The notes beneath the pieces were generated by a model. The model searched no databases. It had not been told where the DNA came from and saw nothing but the letters and a program-made list of their open reading frames with translations. Source: Octopus vulgaris (Eukaryota). From it: DNA of 64,000 bases. Of this stretch, positions 24,306 through 40,311 are shown one piece after another; position 1 is the stretch's first letter; every line of letters begins with the position of its first letter. The stretch is taken from contig OX597816.1 of NCBI GenBank assembly GCA_951406725.2, positions 163,184,001-163,248,000 of the forward strand, given 5' to 3'. The position numbers and the translations under genes are program-made.

Positions 24306-25873
24306 TATATATATATGTATATATACATATGTATATAACAGAGAGAGAGAGGGGGGTATGTATCCACAATTTCCCTCTTATCACCGGATAGTATGATCGT
24401 CGTTTCCCTTGATAATATATCAATTTTGGATAATAGTTTATTCTTGAGATTATCTCCCCTTTCCAAATGGAACAGTTCTCGATTACTATTTGGTAACTAT
24501 GATAAACCAGCGTTTGCTGAATCTGTATTAACACTTGATTTATCCTATACTTTTCTCTCGATGTGAAATCCAATAATGTACCCTTTGTCAGCCACTTCTT
24601 CCTAAAAGTACGGCCACCAAAATATCATAGCGCAGTTAAGGCCAGTCCCATCTGCACAACCAGTGATAAAAATATTTAAACTACACTATAATTCTAAGGA
24701 TTATACAAAATTTATGTGTCACTGACTAGAACTGTACTAGAAAAGCGATATTTTGTTTTGCTAAACTAAAACTGTACGTAAGAATGACTGAGGGAAGTTT
24801 TACTGACAGCTATTAGAACCATTTTTCTTCTTCCTGAAATGAAGAAAAGTGGTAGGTAATAGACCTTTCAAACTATATGTGGAAAACAAAACTGAAGGAA
24901 ATTAACAATTCTGATACCTTTTGGAATATTCTTATGCCTTCGTTCACAACAATTACTTCATTACTTGTTGTCGTAAATCTACAACCTTTGCAATATTTTC
25001 AAATTCACTGACCACTACATGAAGTTCCCGTTTAAAGACAACTGTCCGAAACGTTATTTTTTCCCTAATTGTTATACCTCAACATATTGCCACCTCAGCG
25101 AGGCAATGAGAGAGCTTTTATCTTACCGCTCGGTTAGTCCGGTTAGAAATAGCAGCCAAATCTCCAAGATTCTCTTAAATCACCCCTTTTTTCTTAGAAA
25201 TGATAGGTTTCATAAATGTATTTCTGGCTTCCTTACATAGAGGAAAGTATGTGATGGTCACGGTGGGAATCCGTTTGATCAGATGCCTTTTCGATCATGG
25301 TTGACCTGGTGTTAATAACAAAAAAAAAACTGACATTGATATCTACAAAACAGTTTAGGTTACAATATCTTGCATTATCCATGGTGTCTCTGGCGAAGAC
25401 GATAGTATATGTGAATTAAAGAAGGCTTGGCCGTCACATCGAGTCGATGAAGATACTACAAAGCTACTGAAACGATGGATCGTTTCCGCTCGCTTATCTT
25501 CGTGTGGACGGGTAATTGTTACTATATCGCCATACTGTACCAAATCCATCATTTTATCTTTGGACGAGACACGTTTGTCGTCTCAAAACTGAGGAAAATA
25601 ATTAAACAAACAAACAAACAAAGAATCAGAGAAACAAACAATTAAAATGGCTGCCATCTAAATAAAGATGGCAAGTATCATCTGTATCCCATGCCTGAGG
25701 GCAACGCAAATGTTTGCTGGGTTGGACATTGCGGCGTTGGTGTTGTTAGTGATGGCGGTGCTGGTGTCGTTGGTGGTGGGCATGGGGATTGCATGTGGCA
25801 GTCATTAGACACTTGGGATAAACAGTCGCTATTACGATTCGTTCTATCAACCGCCAAACATTCTCTCTTTACA

Positions 25874-25905
<32 letters not shown>

Positions 25906-26281
25906 CCCTTAGTCATTCTACTTCCTCTTTCTCTCATACACCTCTCTTTTCCTCCCTTCTCTCTTCTATCTCCCTCTCCCGATCCGTCTCTCTCTCTCCC
26001 TTTCTGTTCGTCTACCTCTCACCACTAATCATCATTTTCTTTATGTGTAATGAATAATTCAACTTGTATTGACAATCAGATTTGCTTTTCGTTTCCTTGA
26101 CACAACACACACCATTATCACCATTGTCCCACCGCCTCCTGTGTCGCACGCACACAGACACACAGATAAACATTCACACACACATGCATACACACACACG
26201 CATACACACAGACATACACGTTTACTTAAGCCATGCCTACCTAGAATTATGTGGACACATGGGTTGCTTTCAATCTGCAAA

Positions 26282-26543
<262 letters not shown>

Positions 26544-26842
26544 TGCATTTCACATGACTGTATGCATCAATGTCGCGCACACAACACTCTTATCCGTTGT
26601 CTTTAGGCCTAAATTGACTGCGAAAAAACCCCACCATCATTTGGTGTTAGCGTTGTAATAAGTAAAGGATAGAAAGTGAAATATATGAGGTCATTGCACG
26701 CAATACATCTTTTTTGATGACTGTATTTAGCATCGAGAATATATTTCACTGTTCTTGTGACGGAAGTGTTTATTCACTGATATACATACATACATACGTA
26801 CATACATACATACATACGTACATACATACATACATACATACA

Positions 26843-26892
<50 letters not shown>

Positions 26893-26919
26893 CATTTTAC
26901 ATATAAACACATACATACA

Positions 26920-27324
<405 letters not shown>

Positions 27325-27353
27325 ATATATATATATATATATATATATAAACA

Positions 27354-27520
27354 TCGGTGAGCTGGCAGAATCGTTAGCGCGCCGGGCGAAATGCTACGCG
27401 GTATTTCGTCTGACGATACGTTCTCAGTTCAGATTCTGCCGAGGCCGATGTAATCGATTTAATACCTTTGTCTATCCTTGTTTGTCCCCTCTATGCTTAG
27501 GACCCCTGTGGCCAATAAAG
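27354..27520 (+). mobile_element. SINE family C, internally deleted
   Basis: Head plus spacer; Nin core deleted. Confidence 0.75.
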
Positions 27521-27568
27521 ATATACGTATGTGTATATATGCAAACCAAAGATTTGCATATATATATA

Positions 27569-27616
<48 letters not shown>

Positions 27617-27850
27617 AATCATATATATTTGCATATGTATATATACAAATCAAACATTTGAGACAAATGGAAAAAACAAGAGTCTGTAAGACGTATACAA
27701 TGAATATATTACCTAGTGAAAGTTTTAGATTGAAGAAATGGGATTGAAAAGGACGTTTCGAGCATGGCTCGTCGTCGGAAAGAGGTAAGAGTGCAGAGAG
27801 GAGATAAAGGAAGAAATAGTAGATAGTCTGGAGAAAAGCGTTATATATAT

Positions 27851-28006
27851 AGGAGTGGCTGTGTGGTAGGTAGCTTGCTTGCCAACTACATGGTTCCGGG
27901 TTAAGTCCCACTGTATGGCATCTCGGGGCAAGTATCTTCTGTTATAGCCTCGGGCCAACCAAAGCCTTGTGTGTGGATTTGGTAGACGGAAACTGAAAGA
28001 AGCCCG

Positions 28007-28056
<50 letters not shown>

Positions 28057-28320
28057 ATATGTATATGTGTGTGTGTGTGTGTATGTATATGTATATGCAT
28101 GTATATTTGTGTGTTTTGTTTGTCGCACACCACCATCACTTGACATCCGATGTTGGGGTATTTACGTCCCCGTAACTTAGTGGTTCGTCAAAAGAGACTG
28201 AAAGAATGAGTACTAGGCTTACAACAAATAAGTCCTGAGGGTCAATTTGTTCGACTAAACGCTGTGCTCCAGTATGGCCGCAGTCAAATGACTGAAATAA
28301 ATAAAGAATTAAAGAAAAGA
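27851..28320 (+). mobile_element. SINE family A
   Basis: Similarity to family A. Confidence 0.9.
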
Positions 28321-28394
<74 letters not shown>

Positions 28395-28398
<4 letters not shown>

Positions 28399-28544
28399 TA
28401 CTAATTTTTTATATTTTAAAAACCTTCCTGACGACCGTCTTTGTAATCCCGAAAATTATCGTAACCATTGGTCCAGCTGTCTGGCCGTGAAGTGAGACCA
28501 GACAAAGAGACGAACAGACAGACATAACGCACATTATAGTAAGA
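28395..28544 (-). mobile_element. Helitron-like 5' fragment
   Basis: Minus strand starts A|TCTTACTATAAT then a (TGTC)-type run and CACGGCCAGAC, the same layout as the 5' end of the 19734-20103 element. Confidence 0.5.
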
Positions 28545-28629
28545 TATATGTACACACACATACGTATATAAAATATTTATTAACTGGTTTCAATTTTTGC
28601 AGAGATCGACTTTACCTTTCCACCTTTCG

Positions 28630-29393
28630 GGGTCAAAAAGTAGCAGTTGATTACTGGGGGTCAATGTAATCAACTTACCCCAAACCCGAAATTACTGGCT
28701 TTGTGCCAAAATTTGAAATTGATTAACTAGTGTTTTCACAAAAGATGTACTGGATAAAGCGTGGGTGTGTGCCTTCATATCTAACACGTTTGTTTGCATT
28801 CGTACTTGTAAAGACCTTTCGCTGTGGAAACAATCTTGGGGAAAAATTCTCTTCGTGGACAGTATGATTGAAAACACATCATTTGGCTATTTGTTTTAAG
28901 AAGATTATTTACCCCACATTGCAGTACTTTTCCTATATATAGCAGAATACTGCTGTGCATTTTCAGATATCCCAGTCTGCGAACAACGGAAATACATTCG
29001 TCTGACTGACTGGGTCAAAAAGTACCAGTTGATTACTGGGAGTCAACGTAATCAACTTACCCCAAACCCGAAATTACTGGCTTTGTGCCAAAATTTGAAA
29101 TTGATTAACTAGTGTTTTCACAAAAGATGTACTGGATAAAGCGTAGGTGTGTGCCTTCATATCTAACACGTTTGTTTGCATTCGTACTTGTAAAGACCTT
29201 TCGTTGTGGAAACAATCTTGGGGAAAAATCTCTTCGTGGACAGTATGATTGAAAACACATCATTTGGCTATTTGTTTTAAGAAGATTATTTACCCCACAT
29301 TGCAGTACTTTTCCTATATATATAGCAGAATACTGCTGTGCATTTTCAGATGTCCCAGTCTGCGAACAACGGAAATACATTCGTGTGACTGAC
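28630..29393. repeat. Tandem duplication, ~382-bp unit (SINE C tail plus decayed LINE-like sequence)
   Basis: Units start GGTCAAAAAGTA at ~28631 and ~29013 and differ by a few substitutions. Confidence 0.92.
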
Positions 29394-29596
29394 GGCGATT
29401 CAATCTCCAACAGGCAGCAACACTAGTCTTATACATTACACCATTGCCTTTCATTGTCACTTCGGTCACAACAGTGGACCTGCTAATACGAATCAGCCTC
29501 CTCTGTATTTTGTCCACCCATCTTTTCCTCTTACATCTCCCTCATTGCATCCCTCAACATCATTTACGAAGCGTTTAACACAGTTTATTCTTTTCA

Positions 29597-29992
29597 TTCG
29601 TTTACTTGTTTCAGTCATTTGACTGCGGCCATGCTGGAGCACCGCCTTTAATCGAGCAAACCGACCCCGGGACTTATTCTTTTGTAAGCCCAGTACTTAT
29701 TCTATCGGTCTCTTTTGCCGAACCGCTAAGTGACGGGCACGTAAACACACCAGCATCGGTTGTCAAGCAATGCTAGGGGGACAAACACAGACACACAAAC
29801 ATACACACGCATATATATATACATATATACGACGGGCTTCTTTCAGTTTCCGTCTACCAAATCCACTCACAAGGCTTTGGTCGGCCCGAGGCTATAGTAG
29901 AAGACACTTGCCCAAGGTGCCACGCAGTGGGACTGAACCCGGAACCATGTGGTTGGTAAACACGCTACTTACCACACAGCCACTCCTGCGCC
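29597..29992 (-). mobile_element. SINE family A, full length
   Basis: Reverse complement of the family A consensus. Confidence 0.92.
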
Positions 29993-30542
29993 TAGTTTGT
30001 TTCTTAAAGCTCAAGACCTTTGGCAGTTTCTTTTTGTCGATGCTTTGTCTTTAAACCTTAGCTTGAAAAAGCTCATACTTAAAATCAGCCACACTAATCT
30101 CTTCTGTACAGAACAGTCTCTAATAATCATGGACTCTGTTGCTACTCAGATTCCTTCATTTTGAATTTAAGTTGCAATGTTGTTAACAGTCCGAATTTGT
30201 TTGATGCACGTTCGAACTGGGGAACAAGTTATTCTCTGTGTTTTGTCACGGAGAATATATCTCGCTTGTTGATAAATGGTGTACACTCTCCTAGATCAGC
30301 TCGCAGCGCCACCTACCTAGACTGTGAAATGCTAGCATTTCGGAGTAGTTATCTGCTCAACGATTGCAGATACTAGGCAGACGACGAGTTTAATTAAGAG
30401 ATTATCCTCTTCCCTGGCTTATATGCTTTACAAATTTTATACTAAAAGTAGCATTCAAATAAAAATTTCTGACCGTTCACCTTTTACACTGTTTATTCAA
30501 GAATAGTAACTCGATCCTTCTTACGTTTCTTAACTTCGTTAT

Positions 30543-30588
<46 letters not shown>

Positions 30589-30597
30589 TATATATAG

Positions 30598-30712
30598 TTA
30601 ATCCAAACATGAACAAACAGAAAACACAACAACGCGAGGACATGGAACAAATATAGTATTGTTGGATGCTCGGGAAAGGAAAGAAAGAAGGAGGGTTTAA
30701 CGTTTTGAGCGT
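30598..30712 (-). mobile_element. Penelope-like terminal fragment, cut inside the hammerhead-like motif
   Basis: Related to 24127-24230 (GCTCGGGAA..TTTAACGTTTTGAGC); next to (CA)n(TA)n. Confidence 0.45.
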
Positions 30713-32267
30713 TTGTATTCATATGTATACAAACACACTTATATATAGGCTGGATTCTGCATGATATTACTACAAATTATTGAACTACCAAGTTTATTAT
30801 TTAACTGCTTCGATATTTCTTGTAGTATTGTTGCCATTAGCAGTGTGAATGCAGCGTAAAACAGTGATTCAAAGGTTTGCACTGAAAGTGTCAGACACAT
30901 CTTATAGCGTCATATCCGCATAGAAGATATCTCATCGTCTCGCAACATGAAAAACTTGATGAAAACGTTTCGACGTCTCCCAACACGGAAGCATAATCTG
31001 ACCATAGGTGTCTATGTCATGTGAACAGGAGACACGTTCCCGAATGGTTGATCACAATCGTTGGAGTATAATTATAAGTATTAGCTTTTTTCAGCTAGTA
31101 CCTTCTGAAAGTTAGTGTCACTACCGTCCAAGGGTGACCAACAGCACTTTGTCTTTGACTTGTAGAGTGATTAAGCATTTCTAATCTTGAAAGCTGCTTA
31201 GTTGTCAATAATTTCTTTTTATTGTTTTTTCGTCGAGGTAATATTATCCTGGTGTCACTTTTTTATTTTTTCTGATGAGTTTAATTAGGAAGTTGACAAT
31301 TACAACGTTGGTCATGGTATGGGAAGGTGGGGAGAGGGAGAAGACGTTAAAAAAGAGTATGTGAAGGAGAATTAAAAACAATCACATTGGTAATGATGGC
31401 GGTGATGATGGTTGTGATGGTGATGGTATGACGATGATGACAGCGATGATGATGATGGTAATGATGAAGAAGCTATTGAGAAAGACGAAGGCGAGGACGG
31501 CGACGATGATGTGGACAACAACAAAGACAGCGGAGACGTCGATGATGATGGTGGTGGTGGTGGTGGTGGTGGTGGTGCTGCTGCTGCTGCTGCTACTGTT
31601 TTTGCTGTTACTGGTGATATCACTAATGATGATGATGATGATGAAGACGACGTCAACGATCATGAAAACTAGGATTATGAGATACATGATGAAGATGAAG
31701 TTGGTGGCGCTGATAGATGGGGGGGGCGAAGGTTCGCAGTGGTAACAGTGGTGACAGCGGTGGTGGAGCTTGTGACGCTGATGTTGGCGGTGATCATTAT
31801 CATAATGATCATCACCATAATTAATTATTATTGTTCATTGGTTTGTTATGCATGAATGATAGCGGTATAATTAAAACTTGAACGTGAAGGAGAAGAAAGA
31901 GAAAGAGAGAGAGAAAAAAAGGTAAAATAATGCAAAAACAAAATGAAAAACAAACCAACAAATGAAAAGAGAAAAAAATAGCAAAAACATAAAGAAGCAT
32001 GTAACAAAGAAAATAAAAATTAACTATAAAACAAAACGATAAATAACGTAATAAATAGCCAACAACAACAACAACATGGCAAAAACCCCCACAAAAAACA
32101 CAAATAGAAAATGAAACAAATTGTCCGCTACCTCCATAGATGTTGCCACCACCACGACTACCACCACCACCACCACCACTACCTTCACAACAACATCAAC
32201 AACAATAACAATGATAATAATCATGATGATGACCCAATAACACACTCAACATCCCAACCATCAAGTC

Positions 32268-32723
<456 letters not shown>

Positions 32724-33409
32724 TGTCACCACCATAACGCCACCACTTCCCCAGTATTCATCATGATCGTCTTCATTACCATTAAGATACTATCACTGCC
32801 ACCACACCATTATCAACCAGTCAAAGCTTACCACCGCCGCCGCCACCACTACTACCAACTTCGCCGGCACCCACCGCTCACCCCACCACTGCCTTCAACA
32901 ATATTGTCCCCGCCTTCACCACCAGCACCATCACTACCACCACTACTACTACTGCTATCACCGCCACCACCAACATCAACATGACCGTTGCCGACATCAT
33001 CCCCACCATCTGTTCCATCATCTATCTCTCCGTTAGCATAGCCACTACGCCACTATTTCTACTATTTTTACCATCAGTTCCATAACCACCACTACCACCA
33101 CCACCACCACCACCATCACCGCCGCCGCCACCGCCATCTCCACCATCACGTGCTATCACTAATATCACTGCTACAGCTAACATCAGCACAGCCTCCATCA
33201 CTATCACCATCACCACAGCCATCATTATCACCAACATCACCGCCACAGCCAACGACACCATGACCACTTCTACCCCCAATCACCACCACTACTACCATCA
33301 CCAACATCATGTCACAACCACCAACAACGCCTCAACCATTGTCACTAACATCAACATCACCACAGCCAACGTAACCACTGCAATGCTTTCCTTACAAAAT
33401 TCACCATTC

Positions 33410-33865
33410 CACTCCGTCACCCTCCGTCTTTTTTCGTCTACTCCCGTCATTCTTCTGTCTCCCTCTGTCTTTCTAAATTTTCGGTCTTTCTCCGTCAACT
33501 CCCGTCTTTCGTCCGTCTTTCGTCCGTCTCCCTTACACTCCCTCCGTCTTTCCTCCGTCTTCTTCCATCTACTCCCGTCTTTCTTCTGTCTCCCTCTGTC
33601 TTTCTCCATCTTCCGTCTCCCTCCGTCAACTCCCGTCTTTCGTCCGTCTCCTCACACTCCCTCCGTCTTCTTCCGTCTACTCCCGTCTTTCTTCCGTCTG
33701 CTTCTGTCTCCCTCTGTCTACTCAAGTCTTTCTTCCGTCCTCCCCCCGATTCCCTCCGTTTTTCTCCCGTCTTTACCCCGTCTTTACCCCGTCTTCTATC
33801 TACTCCCGTCTTTCCTCCGTCTTCTTCCGTCTTCCTCTCTCTCTCACTCCGGCCATGCTACCGTC
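33410..33865. repeat. Degenerate CCGTCTT-based minisatellite
   Basis: Dozens of TCCGTC/CCCGTC units. Confidence 0.85.
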
Positions 33866-34273
33866 TTGTACATTATTTGAATATCTCTGTGCTTACAGAC
33901 AAATATTACTCTTAGCTAACACAGCAATTATCTTGACTTATTCAGCCAAACATAATATACATCGTTTTTGCCTGGATACTCAGCTACCCTCCCTAAATTC
34001 TTCCAACGCCATCACCATCATCACCAACAGCAACAACATCATCTACAACATCAACATCATACAACCTCTTCCAACTCTGCAACCCCCACCGTCGCAACCA
34101 TCATGACGCCACAACGGTACCATTAAGATATGAGCTCTACGATTCCACCACTACCACAACCACTATAGACGCCCGAACACCACTTTGACAGCAACACCGT
34201 TGCAACAAATGCCACCACCATAATATAGTAGTATGACACTGTCATCACCACCGCCGCTACCGCTACCACAACC

Positions 34274-34305
<32 letters not shown>

Positions 34306-34391
34306 CAACAAAAACACAATCTCCATTACGGCCATCACATCACCATGACACCACCCCCACCAATATCACAAACATGACACTGCTGCGACAA

Positions 34392-34932
34392 TACTTGTAC
34401 TTGCGGTGGCATTCTCTCGAGATGCACTTAGCCGGCTCCGATCATGTTCAAACTTTCAGTGGAGATACAAGCTCACATGTGGTCCCCGCTCACAAGTATA
34501 CACACTTTGGGGTAGTTATCCGTAGCAACTCATCTTGCCGTCACAAGAGATTCGCTGACCAAATAACCGCCGATTATCAGAGCAGATGTACCTGGTTTTG
34601 AAGCAAGTTCTAGAGACATGCTTTAACAAAACCTCAGGGGTGTCTTACTCGCAGAGGTTTTCCAGAACGCTGGATATCAACCCAGAATTTCTGAGAGCCT
34701 GTGCTATTGCTAGATAATCGTTGAACCTTCACTAGGTTCATCCGTCCTTTTGACAGATTTTGTTTTTAGTTCCTGCTGAGTTTCTAGCAACCTTCCTCAC
34801 CAGGCGAGCTTAATAGAAGGGTCGGCTTAGCCGCCGCCGACACAACAATACAGCAGTTTGGACTGGATCCCATATCAACAGTAGCACCCACGTGAGACCT
34901 CACAGGTGATCTGACACTGCGAGAGGGACACC
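34392..34932 (-). mobile_element. Non-autonomous RTE-tailed element (family E), longer copy
   Basis: Minus strand ends GAATGCCACCGCAAGTACAAGTA; colinear with 11285-11690. Confidence 0.72.
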
Positions 34933-35277
34933 ATATTACTAGATACTACCACAACAATACCACTCCAATACGAACACCACGACATCATCTCAACAGTACC
35001 ATACCACTATTTCACCACCACCAACAACGCCACCACCGCTACAATCACCAAAACCGCCACCATATCTTCATACACTAGTCGCACTTCCTCCACCCTTCTC
35101 TTCCCATTCTCCTCTTCTGCTCTTCCTCTTCTTTCTATTGTTTCAAAACACGTTTCCTTTCCTTCTTTTTGTTTTCGGACCTTTTCGTTGTTTTATTAGT
35201 TTCATATATTCAAATATTTGTTAATAATGCAATTTTTGTTATCACTTTGCTGCTACTGCTGCTGTTGTTGTTGTTAA

Positions 35278-35524
35278 GACGCAGATGTCGTTGTGTGGTA
35301 AGAAGATTGATGCCCAACTAGATGGTCCCGAGTTCAGTCCCACTACAGACCACCTTGGGTAACTATCTTCTCCTAGAGCCTCGGGACGACAGAAGTCTTG
35401 TGAGTGGGTTTGGTAAACGGAAACTGAAAGAAGCCCGTCATGTATATGTATGTATATATGTATGTATATATATAATATATATGCATATATACATGCGTAT
35501 ATGTACATACATCTATACGTATAA

Positions 35525-35579
<55 letters not shown>

Positions 35580-35850
35580 AAGTATGTATGTATATATACA
35601 TTTATATGGGGTAGCTCTTTGTGCTTGTGTCTTGAGCCCCCACTCCACTGCTTAACTTGACAGCCGGTGTAGGTACGTTTATGCTCCGGTAACCTGGCGG
35701 TTCAGTAAAAGCGATCGATAGAATACGCACCAGGCATAAACTAATAACAAATATGTATTGGAGTCGATTCGTCGACTAAGATTCTTCAACCTGGAGTCCA
35801 GCATGGCGGCAGTCTAATGACTTGAACAAGTAAAATAACAAAAATAAAGA
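35278..35850 (+). mobile_element. SINE family A, diverged
   Basis: Similarity to family A. Confidence 0.8.
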
Positions 35851-36164
35851 TATTTCTATGTCGTAATAAAGGATAAAAAGGGGGAGGATACTAGTGGGTA
35901 GGGCCCACAAGACTGATTGACAGCAGGTAAGGGGGAAGGTAAGGGACACAGAAACAGCAGCTATTGTTGCATGAAAAAGAAGCAAGACCTTAAGTTAAGA
36001 CGGTTATTTACATTCTTTCCTCTCAACAAACATGAATACCTGCAATAAAGTTACCCTGATTAAACATCCCATATAATGGTGGCTTTAAACGGGATGACCA
36101 CCCAAGAACAGGTACAGTGACACGGGTAGAATGTCTGTTAATACCAGATTCTCCGTCCATTATT

Positions 36165-37448
36165 TCTCACTTTCTGATATGTTGTCTATTCTGTATTTTA
36201 TGTAGTTTGTTCTTAGTGCTTGCTCTTAGTGCTTGCTCTTGGGCAGCACAGATTACAGCCTCCGTTTCCAGTTTTAAATTACTTTTAGTCATGTTCAGCC
36301 ATATTTTTTCTCTGTCTGTCTTATCTTCAGCATTCCTATGAAATTGACCATGCTTTCTTTCCTTTACCCACCTATTTTCAGTTTCATTCATTTTCAATTT
36401 CTTGTATAGTGCTTTATCTTTGCAATCTTTCATCCTACGCAAGCCTGACCTTCTTACTTCTAATAATAGCGATTATGTGGCATTTTTAACAAACCATGCT
36501 ATGCTGCTTTCTCCTGCTCTAATGCTGCGTTCGCATCCAATAATTATTTCTCTTCCTCCTCTTTTTCTTGGTACATACAGTCTGTCTGTGTCACTTTTTT
36601 GGTGGAGTGTCCCATATCTAGTTAGCAATTTCATTGTCTTCGTGTCTAAGCTGTTTAGTTCGTCTACTCTCCATGTGATTACCCCTGTTATCGTATCTAA
36701 GGAGTGAAACCACCCAGGTGTTGATAGCTTCGATCTTATTCCGTCCGCTTAATTTCGACTTAAGTATCAGTCTCAGTCTGCGCAAGTACTCCACCTTAAA
36801 TGTTTCTGTCATTTCTTCCTCCATCAATTTATTCATTTCCAAAATCCACTAGTACTTATTAGCCTGTCTCTTCTATTTGCTTCATGACCTCCCCCGATGG
36901 TATTGTTAGCCCGCCCATTACATTTGATTTTGCCTATCTTCAAAACTAACTCATCATATTTTCTCAGTCCGTACTCCATTCTGATATCAGCACTGAAGGT
37001 ATACACCATATCAACGAGGGAACTGACTTGGGCTTCATCTTTTCCATAAAGTTTGAGGTCATCTATGAATAACAAATGGTCGACTTTTTGTTGGCGTCTT
37101 TTGAATACATACCTAGCTTTTGCTTTCCTCGGAATCAGTGTTAGTGGTATCAAGCACAGTACAAAGGTCAGTGGGGACAGGCAGTCTCCTTGGAAGAAGC
37201 TCCTCCTAATTTCTACTGTCCCTAAGCTTCTTCCGTATGCTGTCAGATCCGTCCTCCAATTCGCCATAATTTTTCCAAGCAATCGCTCAACGTTCGATGC
37301 AATACCAAATAGGTTCGTACATTCCATAATCCAATAATGTGGGATCATGTCGTACGCCTTACGGTAGTCGATCCATGACATGGCTAAGTTACTTTTCCTC
37401 CTCTTGCAGTCTCTAAGTACAGCTTTGTCAATCAGGAGTTGATCCTTG

Positions 37449-37512
<64 letters not shown>

Positions 37513-37782
37513 CATCATCATCATCATTATTATAAACAAGATATCGGCCTGTAATTGTCTACCGTATTGCCTTTTTCGATGATTTTTCAAGCACAGCACT
37601 GTCCTATCCAACGGTGTTACTTGGACGGCATTTAACAAGGTGTTGAGTTGAGCAGCTATTCGTGCATGACATTCACCAGATCTTTTGATCCAGTAACCTT
37701 GAACTTTATTGGTCCCGGAGCCTTCCAGTCGCTTATTATTTTTTTTTCTTTTTGGATGATTTCCTTACTTTCCTAACATGAA
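36165..37782 (-). mobile_element. R4/Dong-type reverse transcriptase pseudogene
   Basis: [55 protein letters not shown]; same family as 1288-2624; frameshifted; (TTA)n at 37451-37533. Confidence 0.93.
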
Positions 37783-38675
<893 letters not shown>

Positions 38676-38980
38676 TTATTGGCGTCTGCTGTTGCTGATA
38701 TTGCAGCTTTTTTTTTCTTTTCTGTTATCGTTGTTGACAATCGTTTTGTGTATGTCTTCCAGTTGTCGATGTTGTGTCATCTTGTTGTTGTTATTGCTAT
38801 CATCGTTTTCATTATTATTGCCGTTGTTGTTGTTATTATTGTTATTGTTATTGTTATTAATATCATTATTGCTCTTTGATCTTTATTTTTCTGCATTTCT
38901 TTTTTCTTTATATTTTTTTTCATATTGTTTCCGCTACTGTATTTCTTGTTTATTATTTTATTGCCGGTGAGTTCTAGAAA

Positions 38981-38984
38981 TGAT

Positions 38985-39038
<54 letters not shown>

Positions 39039-39365
39039 ACCACCACCACCACACCACCGCCACTCCCACACCACCACCACTACTACCACCACTATCACCG
39101 CCACTACTACTCCCATCACCACCATCACCACCACCTCCTCTACATCTTCCTCTACCTCTTTCTCATCCTCCTCTTCCTCCTTCTCATTCTCCTCCTCCTC
39201 CTACTACTACTACTACTACTACCATCACCACCATCACCACCACCACTACTACTACTACTACCACCACCACCACCACCACTATCACCACCACCACTATTAC
39301 TACTACTACTACTACTACTACTACTGCTACTACTGCTGCAATTATTGTTATTGTTACTGTCGCTG

Positions 39366-39397
<32 letters not shown>

Positions 39398-39999
39398 TCC
39401 ACATTTATCTGCTTATTTATTGCATGGTCTAATTAGATTCGGCACGATAAACAATGTTTTATCCGAATTGGTGCCGGAGTAGAAGACACACAAAACATAA
39501 TGCTCAGCGTTATTATCGAAAATTAACAGAGAAAATGCAATCATAGCCGGACAGATACATAACGTTGACTACAAAGGCAAAAACATTCTGAATGTGTATT
39601 TGTGAGCGGTTGGTTGTTGGCGGGTGAGGAAAGCTTCCACTCTACACGGCAGTAACTAGGACTGCATGCGGTGGGTTGTGGGTGGTATAGTGAAAGAGTG
39701 TTAGCGGAAGAGTGGTGGTGGGGTGAGGTGATGCATGTGTTGTTTATGGTGTGGGGCGGTGGGGTGGGTGGTGTGAAGAGGGTGGGTGTGGGTGGCGTGA
39801 AAGGGGTGCGAGGGTGACAGTTGCTTATGTTCCATTATCGGCGTCCATCTTGACAGCCAGTGATGACGTTTGTGACATTAATTGCAGTATACTGCCGCCT
39901 CCTCTCTTACCCAGCGTTCCATGACCAGCCAAAAATAAAAATAAAATGAATCAATAAATTATAATAATAATAATAAAAGTAATAATATTAGCAATAATG

Positions 40000-40055
<56 letters not shown>

Positions 40056-40109
40056 TAATAATGATGATGATGATGATGATAATAATAATAATAATAATAA
40101 TCACTACTT

Positions 40110-40158
<49 letters not shown>

Positions 40159-40250
40159 AACTACTACTGCTGCTGTTGCTACTACTACTACTACCACTAT
40201 TGTTCATGCTGTTGCTGTTAATAATATCATTATTATTGTTGTTATTATTA

Positions 40251-40311
<61 letters not shown>

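Noticed and set aside
24395-24595. Minus-strand CTGACAA..GAAAC
   Set aside because: G8 is absent and helix II does not pair.
28428-28470. CTGACGA..GAAAA
   Set aside because: No helix II; it lies within a Helitron-like fragment.
30303-30320. CTCF-like GCAGCGCCACCTACC
   Set aside because: Only half of the motif matches and nothing else supports it.
31390-31760. Acidic or low-complexity protein exon
   Set aside because: It is a mixed GAT/GGT/GCT trinucleotide decay like other tracts at 40.5 and 43.1 kb.
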